A stretch of 64,000 nucleotides of DNA from Eledone cirrhosa. Lineage: Eukaryota. Below are positions 41,301-53,919 of the stretch, piece after piece. The translations under genes were made by a program, and so were the position numbers. Location: NCBI GenBank assembly GCA_964016885.1, contig OZ024743.1, positions 360,096,001-360,160,000 of the forward strand, read 5' to 3'. Numbering within the stretch: position 1 is the stretch's first letter; the number at the start of each line of letters is the position of its first letter. The notes under the pieces are model-generated. The model was not told the origin of the DNA. It saw only the letters and a program-made list of their open reading frames with translations, and made no database searches.

Positions 41301-41509
41301 TATTTAATTATGTAATAAACATCATAAGACAATTATTCCATTTACCAATGGTTTCACGAAGACAGACGAGCTCAACAGAGACGTCTCAGATCGCTCATCA
41401 GATTCATTCTGATGGGCGATTTCTGACGTCTCTGTTGAGCTCGTCTGTCTTCGTGAAACCTTTGATAAATGGAATAATTGTCTTATGTTGTTTATTACAT
41501 AATTAAATA
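41301..41509. repeat. Palindrome made of two back-to-back hammerheads (41338-41405 minus, 41405-41471 plus)
   Basis: Minus copy: CTGATGA-gcga..tcgt-GAAA-ccattgg-TA-aatgg. The plus copy has CTGATGG and a mutated stem III. Confidence 0.85.
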
Positions 41510-41856
41510 GCAATGTAGCATACATAGAGCACTCTCCTTTCCTTTACCCTTCCTACGGAAATACTTCATATATTTATATACAAGTTTATATATATACATA
41601 TGGTGTATGTAATTTAGTGAATTGTTTGTGGTTGTACCAAAACTACCATTCGATGCACTGACTTATTGTACATATTAAAAAATGCGATGTAGTCTCTTTT
41701 ACATGTATTTAGTTTTCTTTTTATTGTGTATCAACTTCTTACGCTCATTTCACAGAGGACTGGCTCAGGATCACCCCTAAAATTTATATACCCCACAGCA
41801 TTAACGATTTGACTGGCGATTCAACAAAAGAATATAGTGGGTTTTTTTTTAATGAA

Positions 41857-41943
41857 CAGTCTGAAGAGCAGATAGATAATGGGGTCAGGTCTATACATTC
41901 TAGGGTCACACTGAGTTAATCCTCTGCGAAACGTACGTAACAG
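41857..41943 (+). ncRNA. Type I hammerhead ribozyme with long stem II, inside an older inverted repeat (~41690-41795 and ~41880-41980)
   Basis: CTGAAGA 41861-41867, gcaga/tctgc, GAAA 41928-41931, palindromic cgtacg, GUA. Stem I has one mismatch. Confidence 0.8.
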
Positions 41944-42457
41944 ATCAATACAAAATACAAAACTAAATACATATAAAAGAAATGTTATATTATTAATAAT
42001 GGGACATTTTAAAACAGTCGATGATGTTGAGTAACATTTACCCTAGAATTTATAACTATATAACCGACACTACGTTGGCTACGATGATATGTGTTCCAGT
42101 TGATATGATCAATGGAACAGCCTACTCGTGAAATTAATATACAAGTTGGTGAGTATACATGTGTACCCCTTATGTAGTTCGCTGAGAGATTCTTTGTGAC
42201 ACAGAATGTGATAAGACTAGCCTTTCGAATTATAGGTATAATTCATTTTACACACACACAAACACACATGTATATATATATTTATATATATATATAGGGG
42301 TTTACTATATTTTGATATACTGGCTTTAACAACGCTTTTCCTTTCGTGATAGTGTTGAATGTACTTGCAAGATATCAATTGATCTGGTACAAACATCGTC
42401 TACGGTATGAAGTTATGTCTTGTAAGTATTACTCTTGAATCTTATGACAATATATAA

Positions 42458-42546
42458 ATTCCTGAAGATATGTAGAGCGACGGAGAGATTCGTCGTATAT
42501 ATATCGTGGCAAGGCCCGCCGCAACATATTGAAACATATGTAAAAC
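42458..42546 (+). ncRNA. Hammerhead motif with branched stem II
   Basis: CTGAAGA 42462-42468, internal hairpins cgacgg/ttcgtcg and gtggc/gccgc, GAAA 42531-42534, palindromic catatg, GUA. Stem I is weak. Confidence 0.6.
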
Positions 42547-42587
42547 CAAAATTATTTTTTTAAGTATAACTTGGTTATTCTCTATCC

Positions 42588-42696
<109 letters not shown>

Positions 42697-42800
42697 TATA
42701 TATATATATATAAATAAATATATATATATATATGTATGTATGTATATATATATATGTATATATAAATATATGTATACATATATATATATATATATATATT

Positions 42801-45147
42801 TAAAAGAATAGAGGTGTAACACACAAGTTATGATATATTGGTTAACGGAAAAGAAAATGCTGACAAATTGTTCACAGTGAAAAATAGTTTAATTAGGAAT
42901 AAGTGAGAATTAGTAATAGTATTGGTTAGTATTCAGTTTTGGTTTTAAGTTTTACCGGTTGCGCATTTCTAATGCTTTTCAAAAATAATTTTGAGATAGA
43001 GCGTCCGTGATGTTTGCTCTAATCTGATTAGTTTTGGAAATTCTACCTGTTTTTATGTTAAAAAAGTGGCTCCAGCGGTATTAAAATAAGATTTGCGCCA
43101 ATTCGTGTTGCAAAAATTCTTGTGGTCAAAACAATTTTGATTGGTCGGTAGAGGTCATGTGAATGTTAAAAATTGATTTTCCGCCAAATGTAGGTTTGTG
43201 TCGGATGATTGAGAAGTCATTGAAAAATAAGTCTTTCAAAACAAATATGTGTGTGTGTGTGTAGTAGTAGTAAAGAGCTTCGTTGTTGTGATAATGGTCA
43301 GCAGGGATATGTGTGCGAACCGCAGCCTGTTGAGAGTTCAAATGCCTATTAAGACAAGTGTGTGTGTGTGTAGTAGAGTAATTCGTGGTAGAGGGATGGT
43401 CAGTAGGAATGTGTCTGTAAGTGTGTGGGGGATATTTTAACATGTTAAAGATATTTTTCAGCTCTTGTCTTATACCGAGAAATGTGTGTGTGTGTATTGT
43501 GTGTGTGTGTGTGTGTATATATGCCTCTTTGTATGTTAATGTATGCGTGTGTATGTGTGTGTCTATATATGTGCGTGTGTGCGCATACACTTGTGTGTGA
43601 GAATGTGTGTGTGCGTGTGTGTGGGTGGACCAGTAATTATTTTTGTGATACTGGTGAAATGGTGTTCATTATTCGATATTTTCAGTAAAATCGATTCTCT
43701 CAATAGAACATCAAAAACCTTAATAATAAAAGATGTGAAATGATATATGGCATAATACCAAGGTGTGTGTGAGTGTGTCCAGATTGTACGTACTGCAAGA
43801 GAAATCCATTAGGCCTTGCCGTATTGGAATACTTGTGTACATATATGTATGTGCCCATCAGTTTGCAATGCATGTGTGCGTTTATGTATGTGTGTGTCGG
43901 CACGTTTATATCTATAGACATCAAAAGGTATGCAAGTTTGTGTATATTTGTGTTGCACCATAGAACATGTGTATTTACGTGTGTCATTGTGTTTATATGT
44001 GGGTAGAGATGTATGCTGATCTAGGTATGTATGTTGCCGTGTGTATGTTGTGGGTTCGTCTTAAGGAGAAGTGTTTAGACGGGGTCCGTATTTGTTAATA
44101 AAGTAAGATTCATTGCTGATGCGCTGGGTGTGGGTAGTATTATCTTTAAATTTTTAGAGGGGAAAGATTCTGAAGTTGGGATGATTTTGGGCGGCACAGG
44201 TATCAATGTGTTCACTCAGTGGTATTTTCCTGTATTCCCGTATTTTAATTTGGGATCTATTGACAGTAATGCGTTGGCGGAGGCTGTTTTTGGTCTGGCC
44301 TATGTATTGTTCTCGACAACCTGAGCAAGTTAATACATATATTAGATTTTCTGATGCGCATGTGAAATTGTGTTTTACTATAAAACGTTGTCCTTCTTTG
44401 AAATATAATTCCGAACCCTCTATTAGGTTGATGCATATGCCACAATTGGGTATATCGCATTTTTTTACTGTGGGTTTCGTCGTTGTGGTTGGCAGTACTT
44501 TGGCATGAGTTAGGATGTTTTTCATTGACTTGGATTGTCTTTTGCTCTTTATGATATCGTGTGTTCGTAGGATTTGGTTCATTCTATGGTCATTTTTCAA
44601 CACAGGGATGTTCTGGAGGAAGGTGTCAAAGGTCTCATTGTTGAGGGGGTTGTGTGTGGAGATGTATGGAAGAGCTTTTAGTTTCGGTTGATTTACTTTA
44701 GGGTGTCTAAGTTCCTGGGTACTGAGTTTTAGGGCACGTTGGATTCCATTGTCAATTAGTGATGCAGAATAGTCCCTGCCTATGAGTGTGTCCTTTAGTT
44801 CTTGTAGCCGTAAGTAGCAGGTGTTTTTATTGGAGACTATAGTACAGATTCTCTTCGCTAAGTTGTAGGGAATATTAATTTTAACGTGTCTAGGGTGGCA
44901 CGAGTTGAAAGGAAGATATTGCTTGGAGTCTGTGGGCTTGTAGTATATGTCTGTTTTAATTTTTTTGTTATGGATCTTAATGAGGATGTCGAGGATGGGG
45001 AGTTGTTGATGGCTGTATTCCATCGTGAAGTTAATATTCGTGTTGAGCCCATTTATAAGGGTGTGAAATTCTTTACTAATTCTCTCTTATTCCTAATTAA
45101 ACTATTTTTCACTGTGAACAATTTGTCAGTATTTTCTTTTCCGTTTA

Positions 45148-45152
<5 letters not shown>
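42801..45152 (-). mobile_element. 5'-truncated Neptune-type PLE with CA-rich 3' UTR, variant HHR (~42951-42985) and inverted 5' cap (45073-45152)
   Basis: Contains ORF 44154-45023. 45073-45152 is the reverse complement of ~42835-42915. TA flanks. Confidence 0.9.
44154..45023 (-). CDS. PLE RT thumb, Cys linker and GIY-YIG endonuclease (partial)
   Basis: LPILDI..KTDIYYKPTDSKQYLPFNSCHP..IPYNLAKRIC..CDIPNCGIC..FTCASENLIYVLTCSGCREQYIGQT..LRQR..LSEHI. Confidence 0.92.
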   Translation of the reverse strand: MEYSHQQLPILDILIKIHNKKIKTDIYYKPTDSKQYLPFNSCHPRHVKINIPYNLAKRICTIVSNKNTCYLRLQELKDTLIGRDYSASLIDNGIQRALKLSTQELRHPKVNQPKLKALPYISTHNPLNNETFDTFLQNIPVLKNDHRMNQILRTHDIIKSKRQSKSMKNILTHAKVLPTTTTKPTVKKCDIPNCGICINLIEGSELYFKEGQRFIVKHNFTCASENLIYVLTCSGCREQYIGQTKNSLRQRITVNRSQIKIREYRKIPLSEHIDTCAAQNHPNFRIFPL

Positions 45153-45203
<51 letters not shown>

Positions 45204-45206
45204 TAG

Positions 45207-45434
45207 ATGGAAAAGAATGAAATAAAATTTCATTTCTCACTCTTAGAACGGCTGATACTTAAATATAAGTATGTATACGTACATACATATATATATATAG
45301 AGACGTACAGTAGTATGTATATATATACATACATGCACACATATATATATGTACCTATGGGTTTACCGAACATTTATTATAATGTTCGGTTTATTTGTAA
45401 ACAAACAGCCGAATATGCAAATTAGGCTGCTCAG
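45207..45434 (-). mobile_element. Partial R1 monomer (minus) with a short plus-strand R1 piece at its right end
   Basis: Reverse complement of ~46765-46970. atgcaaattaggctgctcag (45415-45434) matches 46582. Confidence 0.8.
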
Positions 45435-45557
45435 AAACCCGTCACTTCACACAGGCAATACTAACATGCGTGCGAGAGGTGTAAGGGAGATAACTGCGCA
45501 AGTCCGAAAAGTTTTTAGTTGATAAGAAAAAATATTGATGTTGTTACAATAATTCAC

Positions 45558-46460
45558 TCAATCCGGAGCTTTGTAGTTATGCAAAAGGTGTCTCGAGACG
45601 TGTGGACAACGTATGAAAGATTCATTTCTCGTGTTTAAGCAATCACTATTGCATAATCTCTTTAGAATATTTATTCGTTCGTCAATACAGAGTCCACACG
45701 ACGGATGTCCCCTTGTGCATGGCTTGTACTTAGTGTTGGCTTTCCATTGAATGAAGTAGTCTATACTTGTGTCATTAAGGAACCATACGTGTCTCGCGAG
45801 TTTCATGGATGAACGTCTGTCCGGGTACCTAAAGGTCGACTGATGGTTCAGGAAACATTCCTTAAATCGTCCCTCCGCCATGCCCACATACATAGGATTT
45901 GACCTCCTGTGGTTGGTTTGGTCGGTTGGAAGTGACCACAGCTTCATAAATTACAGCTGGTGTGTTGCATTGCTGTTGAAGGGGGAACGCTTCGGGCTTA
46001 CCGCAAGAGCACCCTGGTGGGGTGTTGCTCCTAGGGCTGCTGGTGATGTGGGCCTTCATGTTCTTAACACAGGAGTATCCTACTTTTACTTTGTGTCGGT
46101 TAAAGATAGAGCCGTATTTATGACTTATGGGAAAGTGTCTATGTAAGAGGGCTAGACATTTTTTACCTACATTGGTTTTAACGTTGAGTGAGAAGGGAGG
46201 AGAGAACCAGATAGTTTGTCTATTGTTGCGCTTTCTTTTCTTATTGCTGTAGTTGATAGTGGGAGAGTAAGTGATAGGTTGTGAGAAGCCGCTCTTAGTT
46301 AACGCCGTGTTATAGTAGGGTGACGCCCTGTCAAAGATAGCCTTATTAGTGGAGAGGTTTGAGATTCTGAGTACTGATATTATTTACGAAGTTCTGAAAT
46401 CAGTGGGAGTCCTTGTGAATGTAATTGAGTTTTTCGTTTAGCTTATGGAAGGGTTTGTGT
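45558..46460 (-). pseudogene. Naiad-type PLE fragment (family C): thumb, linker and GIY-YIG
   Basis: KPFHKLNEKLNYIHKDS..CSCGKPEAFPLQQQC...VIYEA..YVGMAEGRFKE..H.STFR..CGLCIDE..LNTRNE..CPH, with frameshifts. Confidence 0.85.
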
Positions 46461-46504
46461 CAGGGCGGTACTCTACTATACCACCATACTATTAATTATC
46501 AGTG

Positions 46505-46971
46505 GTACTAAGAGTGAGAAATGAAATTTCATCTTTTCCATTTATCGTTTTCGGTACGCCCGGCCGACTAACTTACTCGACATGCAAATTAGGCTGCTCA
46601 GCCGTTAATATGCATAATGAAAGTATATACATCCAAACGTTCAATCAACTGACAGGAAGGTATACGGTGCTGATGACAGCTAATAAGTTAGAAACTAGTT
46701 CATCGTTCCTTTGTCAGTGTTGAACAAATAGGGCAGCGATGGTTGCCGAACACTGTACGGCTAATTATTCGGGCTGTTTGTTTACAAACAAACCGAATAT
46801 TATTTATAAATGTTCTGTAAACCCATACGTACATATATATATATGTGTGCATATATGTATGTATATACATACTACTGTACGTCTGTATACATATATGTAT
46901 GTTCGTATACATACTTACATTTAAGTATCAGCCGTACTAAGAGTGAGAAATGAAATTCCATTTACTCCATT
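46505..46971 (+). mobile_element. One R1 monomer (428-bp period) with short terminal direct repeat and an HHR at 46665-46705
   Basis: gtactaagagtgagaaatgaaatt at 46505 and 46934. HHR reads cggtg-CTGATGA-cagct-aata-agtta-GAAA-ctag-TT-catcg. Confidence 0.85.
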
Positions 46972-47368
46972 TATATATATATATATATATATATATGAGC
47001 GTGTGTGTGTGTATGTGTGTATATGTGGGGGATGTGTGTGCGTGCGTGTGTGTGTGTGTTTTGTTCGATCTTTGAAGTGTAGAGGGCATCTCTAGTTTGT
47101 CTAAAAACAAAATTATCTAAACTCCTATATTTGGTTGTCGTCATATGGAGTGGTAGTTTAGAAAAACGATGCAGATGTGATAATACTATTTTCAAGATAC
47201 TTTTATTTGATAGCATCTAGCAGCTTTCTATTTCCATATAAAAGAAGGCAGAATCAATTATGCGGAAGCTCGTATGGAGTGTCTTAGTTTTAAGATAGTT
47301 TTACAATCTGCAATTAAGCATAAATATTCTTACATATTTGCATACACATACTCAACACCCCAAATATG

Positions 47369-47477
<109 letters not shown>

Positions 47478-47684
47478 ATTCATACTTTCTTTGAAATCTT
47501 GTTATTTTCATCTATTCCATAATTTGTATTTTCGTCTAAGATGTTACCGTGGACATGAAGACATACACAAAAAAATACACACTTATATGCGTACTCATAT
47601 AAATAGCCCATAAGATTTTAGGAACGAATAATGCATAACAACCCCGTATATAAATATATACATTCATGTATTCATAAGTATACC

Positions 47685-47754
<70 letters not shown>

Positions 47755-48598
47755 CATTCATATGTACATACATTCAGACAAAGATACATACATAAATACA
47801 CACATCTATACATGTTTGTATATATGTGCCTTTAAATACCGGAGTGGGTGTTTGAAGGTAAAGCTTAACATAAACTGGGGATTCGTACGAGCTATAAACA
47901 TTTATGAGACAATGTGAAAGTCACAGAAATTAATGGCCAGCCTCAATTTATGGTCAGCCTGAATGGAACATCTAGTGTACGAAACAAAATCTGCAAAATG
48001 TGTGAAAAACATGAAAAACGGAAAAATTTCTAGTAGTGAGCAAGTGAATGTTTAATGTCGAAACAAACCATAAATCCCATTCTACTTACTTTGTTGCAGC
48101 CTAGATCGAAACATATATGTTACATTAAATAAATATTTAGAAAGCAAGCCATAAATGTTGCTGTGCTTTCGGAAACAGTGTACTGGCTTTTAATAATGAA
48201 TTTCAGCTTTAACGTCTTATTACACTTTGGAAATCCAATTCACCACGTTGTCGTTAGTTTTACGTTCATTGAAAATCAGTCAGGAACACTAGTAACGCAA
48301 TTTATAAGATAATCAAGCGATCAGATGTATACATGAATACTTAGTGGTGATTGCAAAAAGTGATATTAAAATTATATTCCAATGTAGAGATAGTAGATGT
48401 GATAAAAAAGCATAAAACCTAATTGAAGTGGATATACATTTATACACAAATTGATCTATCCGTTTATGTATTTACATATATATATATATTTATATCTATA
48501 TATATATATGTATACTCTCTAGATATTTATGTGTGTATGTATGTATATGTTTATATATAGTTATGTGTCCGTGTGTGCATATATATATATATATAAGA

Positions 48599-49089
48599 GA
48601 AATAGGATTTCGCTTCAAGCATAGCTTTATACAATATGTATAAATATTTCATATCTCCAAGGAAATACTCTTTTAGGAAGCCGTAGATATGCAAACACCG
48701 GGGGGCTGACGCTCTCTGGTGATGTCCAGCAGAAGCAAGGGGAACAACCGTCTATGAATTTCAAGCTTTTACTGGCCTTCGTCAGGACGGTCTCTCCCTC
48801 CGCTTGCGACTGCTGGACTAGAAGACAGCCGAGAAAATATAATTTTCTCGTCTGTGTAAATGAGGTGATTAATCTCATTTGATATGAAGCTGCATAAGTT
48901 GGCTCAACTTATAATAAAAAATAAATAGGATTTCTCTTCAAGCATAGCTTTATACAATATGTATAAACATTTCGTATCTCCATACAGCTTCCTAAAACCG
49001 TATTTCCTTGGACATCACCAGAGGGCGTTAGGCCCCCGGTTTTGCATAGCTACGGCTTCCTAAAACCGTATTTCCTTGGAGATACGAAA

Positions 49090-49095
<6 letters not shown>
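48599..49095 (-). mobile_element. Retrozyme-like family R2: 323-bp non-coding monomer, partial tandem copy and inverted cap
   Basis: 48601-48659 is repeated at 48924-48982. 49010-49095 is the reverse complement of ~48640-48728. HHR at 48747-48791. Confidence 0.8.
48747..48791 (-). ncRNA. Type I hammerhead ribozyme (R2)
   Basis: accgtc-CTGACGA-aggc-cagtaaaa-gctt-GAAA-ttca-TA-gacggt. Confidence 0.85.
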
Positions 49096-49150
<55 letters not shown>

Positions 49151-49594
49151 TATTTAGATATATTACAGTTAGGATACAGCATCCCACTTAAATTTTAACT
49201 AAATATATGTCTTACAAGTTTTGAATCCAAATTTATATTAAGCTTATGTGTCTTCTATTGGCTAGTCACGTTGGTGGCGGGAATGTATTTATTAAGTCAT
49301 AGACGGTCAAGAAGGTGTCTGTTCGTAGAAGGTGTGTGACCGTAATGGGGACGGTGCGACATAATACACTTATTGACACTATAAGACATTCTACCAATCG
49401 ATTGTGATTGATCACCACATAAGGATTTTTTTTTCTAGGTTGATATTATTTTGATTTTTCCAAATTACTTTCAAAATGTATATTTTCTCCCCTCTCGGCA
49501 TACATACCCCAGAGACTCCAGCAGATATGTGTGTTTAATTTGGAAATATTGTGACCATTTCAATACTATTGTTATTACTATCATTATTCATACA

Positions 49595-49925
49595 AGGGCG
49601 GTTGATTGGCAAAACCGGCAGTGCATCCGACAAAATGCTTTGCGTCATTTGTTTCAACTCTTGCGTACTTTAGTCAAACTTGCCTTTTATTCTTACGAGG
49701 TGGATGAAATAAAGTTCCTGTAAAGAACACGGTGTTTAATCGACATTCTCTTTCGAACAAATTGCTGACATTTTTCCGAATGTAGAAACTATTATTTATA
49801 CTATTTAGAGCGTTGGATTGGCAGTATCCTTAACGTGTCAGATATACGCTTTGCGGCATATAGTTATGGCCCTTTACGTTCTGAGTTCAAATCTTCTCGT
49901 CGATAGAAACATTGCAATTCATCAT
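49595..49925 (+). mobile_element. Two decayed octopus-type SINE copies
   Basis: ggcggttgattggcaaaa..cgacaaaatgc and ttacgttctgagttcaaat (B-box-like GTTCAAAT). Confidence 0.5.
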
Positions 49926-50059
49926 TCTGCATTTCTATGACAGTAGCGATTTACATGTATTTAAACTTAGAAAAAATAACAATAAGTTAAAACAGCAGAT
50001 TTTTCCAATATGAGGGGTGCATCACACAAGTGAAATATAGATCTGAAACCACACTAATC

Positions 50060-50558
50060 ACTAAGAGCCCCATAGGAAGGCGTCCTCCTTCTCTTTGAAC
50101 TTTCAGCTTACCGGCCCATACTTAAAGTAGGCTTATTCACTCGGGCCATTTTCACTACATTCATCCACCATTTAGCAAAAGTACTGTGGGCAGCATTTCC
50201 TTTTTCACCACAGCCAATAGACAATGGAAAACTCCATACACTTTCCAGCCAAAGTAATTTTGCCGGTAAATTTTCACGATGGAGTTGGAAAATAGCTAGA
50301 TACGTCACAGGCGTGACAATAGTTCTTTAATAAAACTCTACAAGTCACCTCTGTGTGCATCTCTGACAAGTTCATCTGACAGCACTTTCCTGCCCGTAGA
50401 GTTTGTCGCAAACTGGCACTGCCCACCTCTCTCTAGCACTGCCAGCCCATGCCTTTCTGAAAATTATCCATGGCCCTGGACTAAAGTCTTGATGTAGAGA
50501 CTGGTTACTTCGCTATAGGATACTCCGAGAATAGTGTCGCTTTTGCTCACCACTAGTC
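50060..50558 (-). mobile_element. Decayed L1/Tx1-like LINE 3' piece interrupted by the hAT (probably continuing at 54081-54420)
   Basis: The end resembles 55700-55880 (..FAKWWMNVVKMARVNKP versus ..VARMARVNEP). Confidence 0.45.
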
Positions 50559-51455
50559 CTCTATAGCAGTGGTCGCCAATATGGGTTCCGCGGAACCTTG
50601 GCGTTCCGTAAAATAAACTCCGGGTTCCTTAAACAAATAAATATTTACATTACCATTAATATTTTGGGTTTTCTGAAAAAGGTGCAAAGAAAATGCCAAA
50701 GGTGCAATGTATAAATGAACGAGTACTATTGTAGTGTACACAGGTTCTCCACTCCAATTCGTGGAAAACACTACTTTCAGTTTCTCTCTTGAATTAGCCG
50801 AAAAACACTGTTCTGAGATTCGTGAAAATTGAATACTTTCAATTTCACATCAATTCTTGGAAAGACAAAGTTTTCTGAATTCCGAGAATTTGACTACTAC
50901 TGATAATATACTAATTGAACTTAGAAATTGACTAATCACGAACAAGTAAATGTTGGTCGATAACAGCATAACTTTAAACTGAAAACTTCAGTTCAGCGAG
51001 GTCTTTCAGCCGAGAGACAGGGTCAGTTTGCTGTTCTCACAACGTAAGTTCAGTAGAATGTTTTCAATAGAGAACACGTTTTAATCTGCTGTCCTCTCAA
51101 AAGCTTTAAAGTCGCCTAAAGTTTCCTCACAGAGTGAAATCGCTTACTAGTCGTTTTCAACAGTTCTACAGATAATTCTAAATAAGAACACGTTACATTC
51201 TGTTGTACTTTGCACAGAAAATATAACGCCTGTAAAGTTTCGACTACTAACAAAGGTAATTTTGTATTCCATGCATACACTATAAACTTTGCCACACAAT
51301 TATGTATTCATTTGATGACATCTGCATTCACAATTGAGAGATTACTTCATACAACAAATATATATGTCCACAAACATTTGACTAAACTTTATTTGTTCCA
51401 ATCTAATATATGTTTAACGCAGCCTAAAGCCTTCTTATATTATATCTAACTTTGA

Positions 51456-51549
51456 AGGTTGACTTTGCCTTTCATCCTTACGGGGTCGATAAAATAAAGT
51501 ACCAGTAATGCACTGGGTAATTGCTGGCCCTGTGCCTAAAGTAGAAACA
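51456..51549 (+). mobile_element. 5'-truncated SINE nested in the hAT with a 17-bp TSD
   Basis: attatatctaactttga at 51439-51455 and 51550-51566 flanks gactttgcctttcatcc..ggggtcgataaaataaagtaccagt..gtgcctaaagtagaaac. Confidence 0.9.
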
Positions 51550-52017
51550 ATTATATCTAACTTTGAGTCAACATAGATAGAAGATATCTGAATTAATTTC
51601 CAATACCATCGTCACATCTTCTACACTATCAGCTGATTTGCATTTTTTGCACCTTTTAGTATGGCGGATATTTAAATATATTTACATTACCAATAATATT
51701 TAATACGACCCTAAAGTAATATATGCAGGAAGTGCTGGACTCTGAAAAAGATTTCTTCTAGTTGTTTATAAATTTGCACCTATTTCAGTAACCCCTAATA
51801 TTTAAATATTATTATAAGACTTTAAATAATATGTTTGCCATCCTAAAATGGAGAAATTTCAATTTTTAAAAATTAACATTTTTTTTTAACTAGTTAAGTT
51901 TTTCCAAATATCAAAAATTAAAGTTAATTTAAGTACTTTTTGTAATAAAAAAAACTTAATTTCTCTTGTTTATTAATGTCATATTAAAAATGTTAACTGT
52001 AGATAAATAACCTTGAT

Positions 52018-53919
52018 ATGATGTCTACTGCAAAGAAACTGAAGTTAGATACCAGCAGTAAGGTTAGACAGTGGTGTGATGATTATGTTAGATATGGATT
52101 TCAAAAAGCTGACACTAAAAAAGATACACCAGATCAGCCCATGTGTTTGCTATGTTCAAAAGTTCTATCAAATAGCTGTTTAAATCCTGCAAAACTTAAA
52201 AGACACCTTGATACTAATCACACCAATGATAAAAGCAAGTCACTGGAATAATTTACTTCGCTGAAAAACAACATCAACAAATCACAAGCTAATATGTATG
52301 ACTTGTTTTGTAAAAAGTTAGATAGAAATAAAGCTTTAACAAGAACATCTTTTGAAATTTCACATTTGATTGGTAAAAACAAGAAACCATTTACATTAGG
52401 AGAACAGTTAATTCTGCCAGGTATAAAAATTGCTACAGAGAATCTTTTTGAAAGCTGCAGTATTAAGGACAAAGAAAAATTAAGCCAGTTACCATTGTCA
52501 GCAAATACCGTAAAAAGAAGGATAATTGATATTTCTTCTGATATAGAAAATCAGATACTAACTGCACTAAAGAAAAGCACATGTTTTGGTTGCAAGTGGA
52601 CGAAACTATGGATATTAATAACAAGGCTCAATTAATTTGCTATGTACGGTTTGTAGACATTGATAAAAAAGAATTAGTAGAAGAGTATTTGTTTTGTCTG
52701 GTATTAGACATCACAACTAAAGGTCAAGATATATTCAATAAAATTGAAGAGTATTTTTTAAAAAATGGTGTATCTTGGAGCAAGTTGACTTCAATAACAA
52801 CAGATGGAGCAGCTGCAATGACTGGTAAAAATTCTGGTTTGATTGCAAAAATTAAAGAACAGACCCCAAATTGTATTTCAAATCATTGTATGATTCATTG
52901 AGAGGTTTTGTGTTCAAAAAAATTCAAAGACAGAGATGCTCAAATATTAAATGACCAGTTGAAAGACATTGTCAAAATAATCAATTTGATCCATGCAAGA
53001 GCAAACAATTCTAGAATGTTTGAATCTATTTGTGAATCTTCTGGAAGTAATTATAATAGATTGTTATTGAACAATGATGTGCGTTGGCTGTCTTTTGGGG
53101 ATGCTATGAAGAGAGTTTTTGAACTGAGAGAAGAAATAATAGTTTTTCTAAAAAACAGAATGATGAAAGAGCAAGTGTATTAGAAACCTAGAAACCAATG
53201 AAGGGAATGTGCAACTCGCTTATTTACTAGACATTTTTGGTGTACTGAACACACTAAATAAGTGTCTTCAGGGTAACAATGCAGACGTTTTTACTTCAAT
53301 CAATTTTATTACATATTTTCAATCAAAATTAAACATCTTTATAAAAAGAATTGAATCGGGCAATTACTCATTACTTTCAAACCTTGAAATAGAGCTTAAA
53401 AAGAGAGAAGATTTTGACTCCAGCAATCTAAAGAAGATTATTCTTTCTCATTTAAATGTGCTTTCCACAAGTTTTTCAGATTATTTTGACTTGATGGGAA
53501 AAGATATTGTTAGCGGAAATTTATGGATAAAAAACCCGTTCACCGAGATCGAGCAGTTAGTGTCAGAAGATGACGCTGGAAATTGTAAAAATTTACTACC
53601 TGCACAATGCTTACATCAGTTGATGGATTTGAATTCAAACGAAGACCTGGAAGTGATATTCGAAAGCAGAAAGAAAGAACTATGGATTGACTTATTCTTG
53701 ATTGGGTAGTTTAATGAAATCAGCCAACTTGCATTGAAATATTTGACTTTATTCCCATCTAGCTACTTGTGCGAAGGGTTTTCGCAGTTGGTAGAAATCT
53801 GCACAAAGAAGATGAATAAACTGTCAGCAATTGACGAGTGTATGAGACTGGCATTAACTAGTGTTGAACCTCGATTTTCTAAACTCACTGATGAGGCGCA
53901 GCAGCAGAAAAGCCACTAG
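52018..53919 (+). pseudogene. Disrupted Buster-type hAT transposase (BED finger, DDE, dimerisation domain)
   Basis: YGF..PMCLLC..PAKLKRHL..H, KPFTLGE.LI, LSANTVKRRI, QVDET.D, TDGAAAM.G, HCMIH*, VRWLS, PSSYLCE.FS, QQQKSH*. In-frame stops and frameshifts. Confidence 0.95.

Noticed and set aside
49300-49345. LDLa-like KVCDRNGD peptide
   Set aside because: Bounded by stops, Cys pattern incomplete, and too short to be significant.
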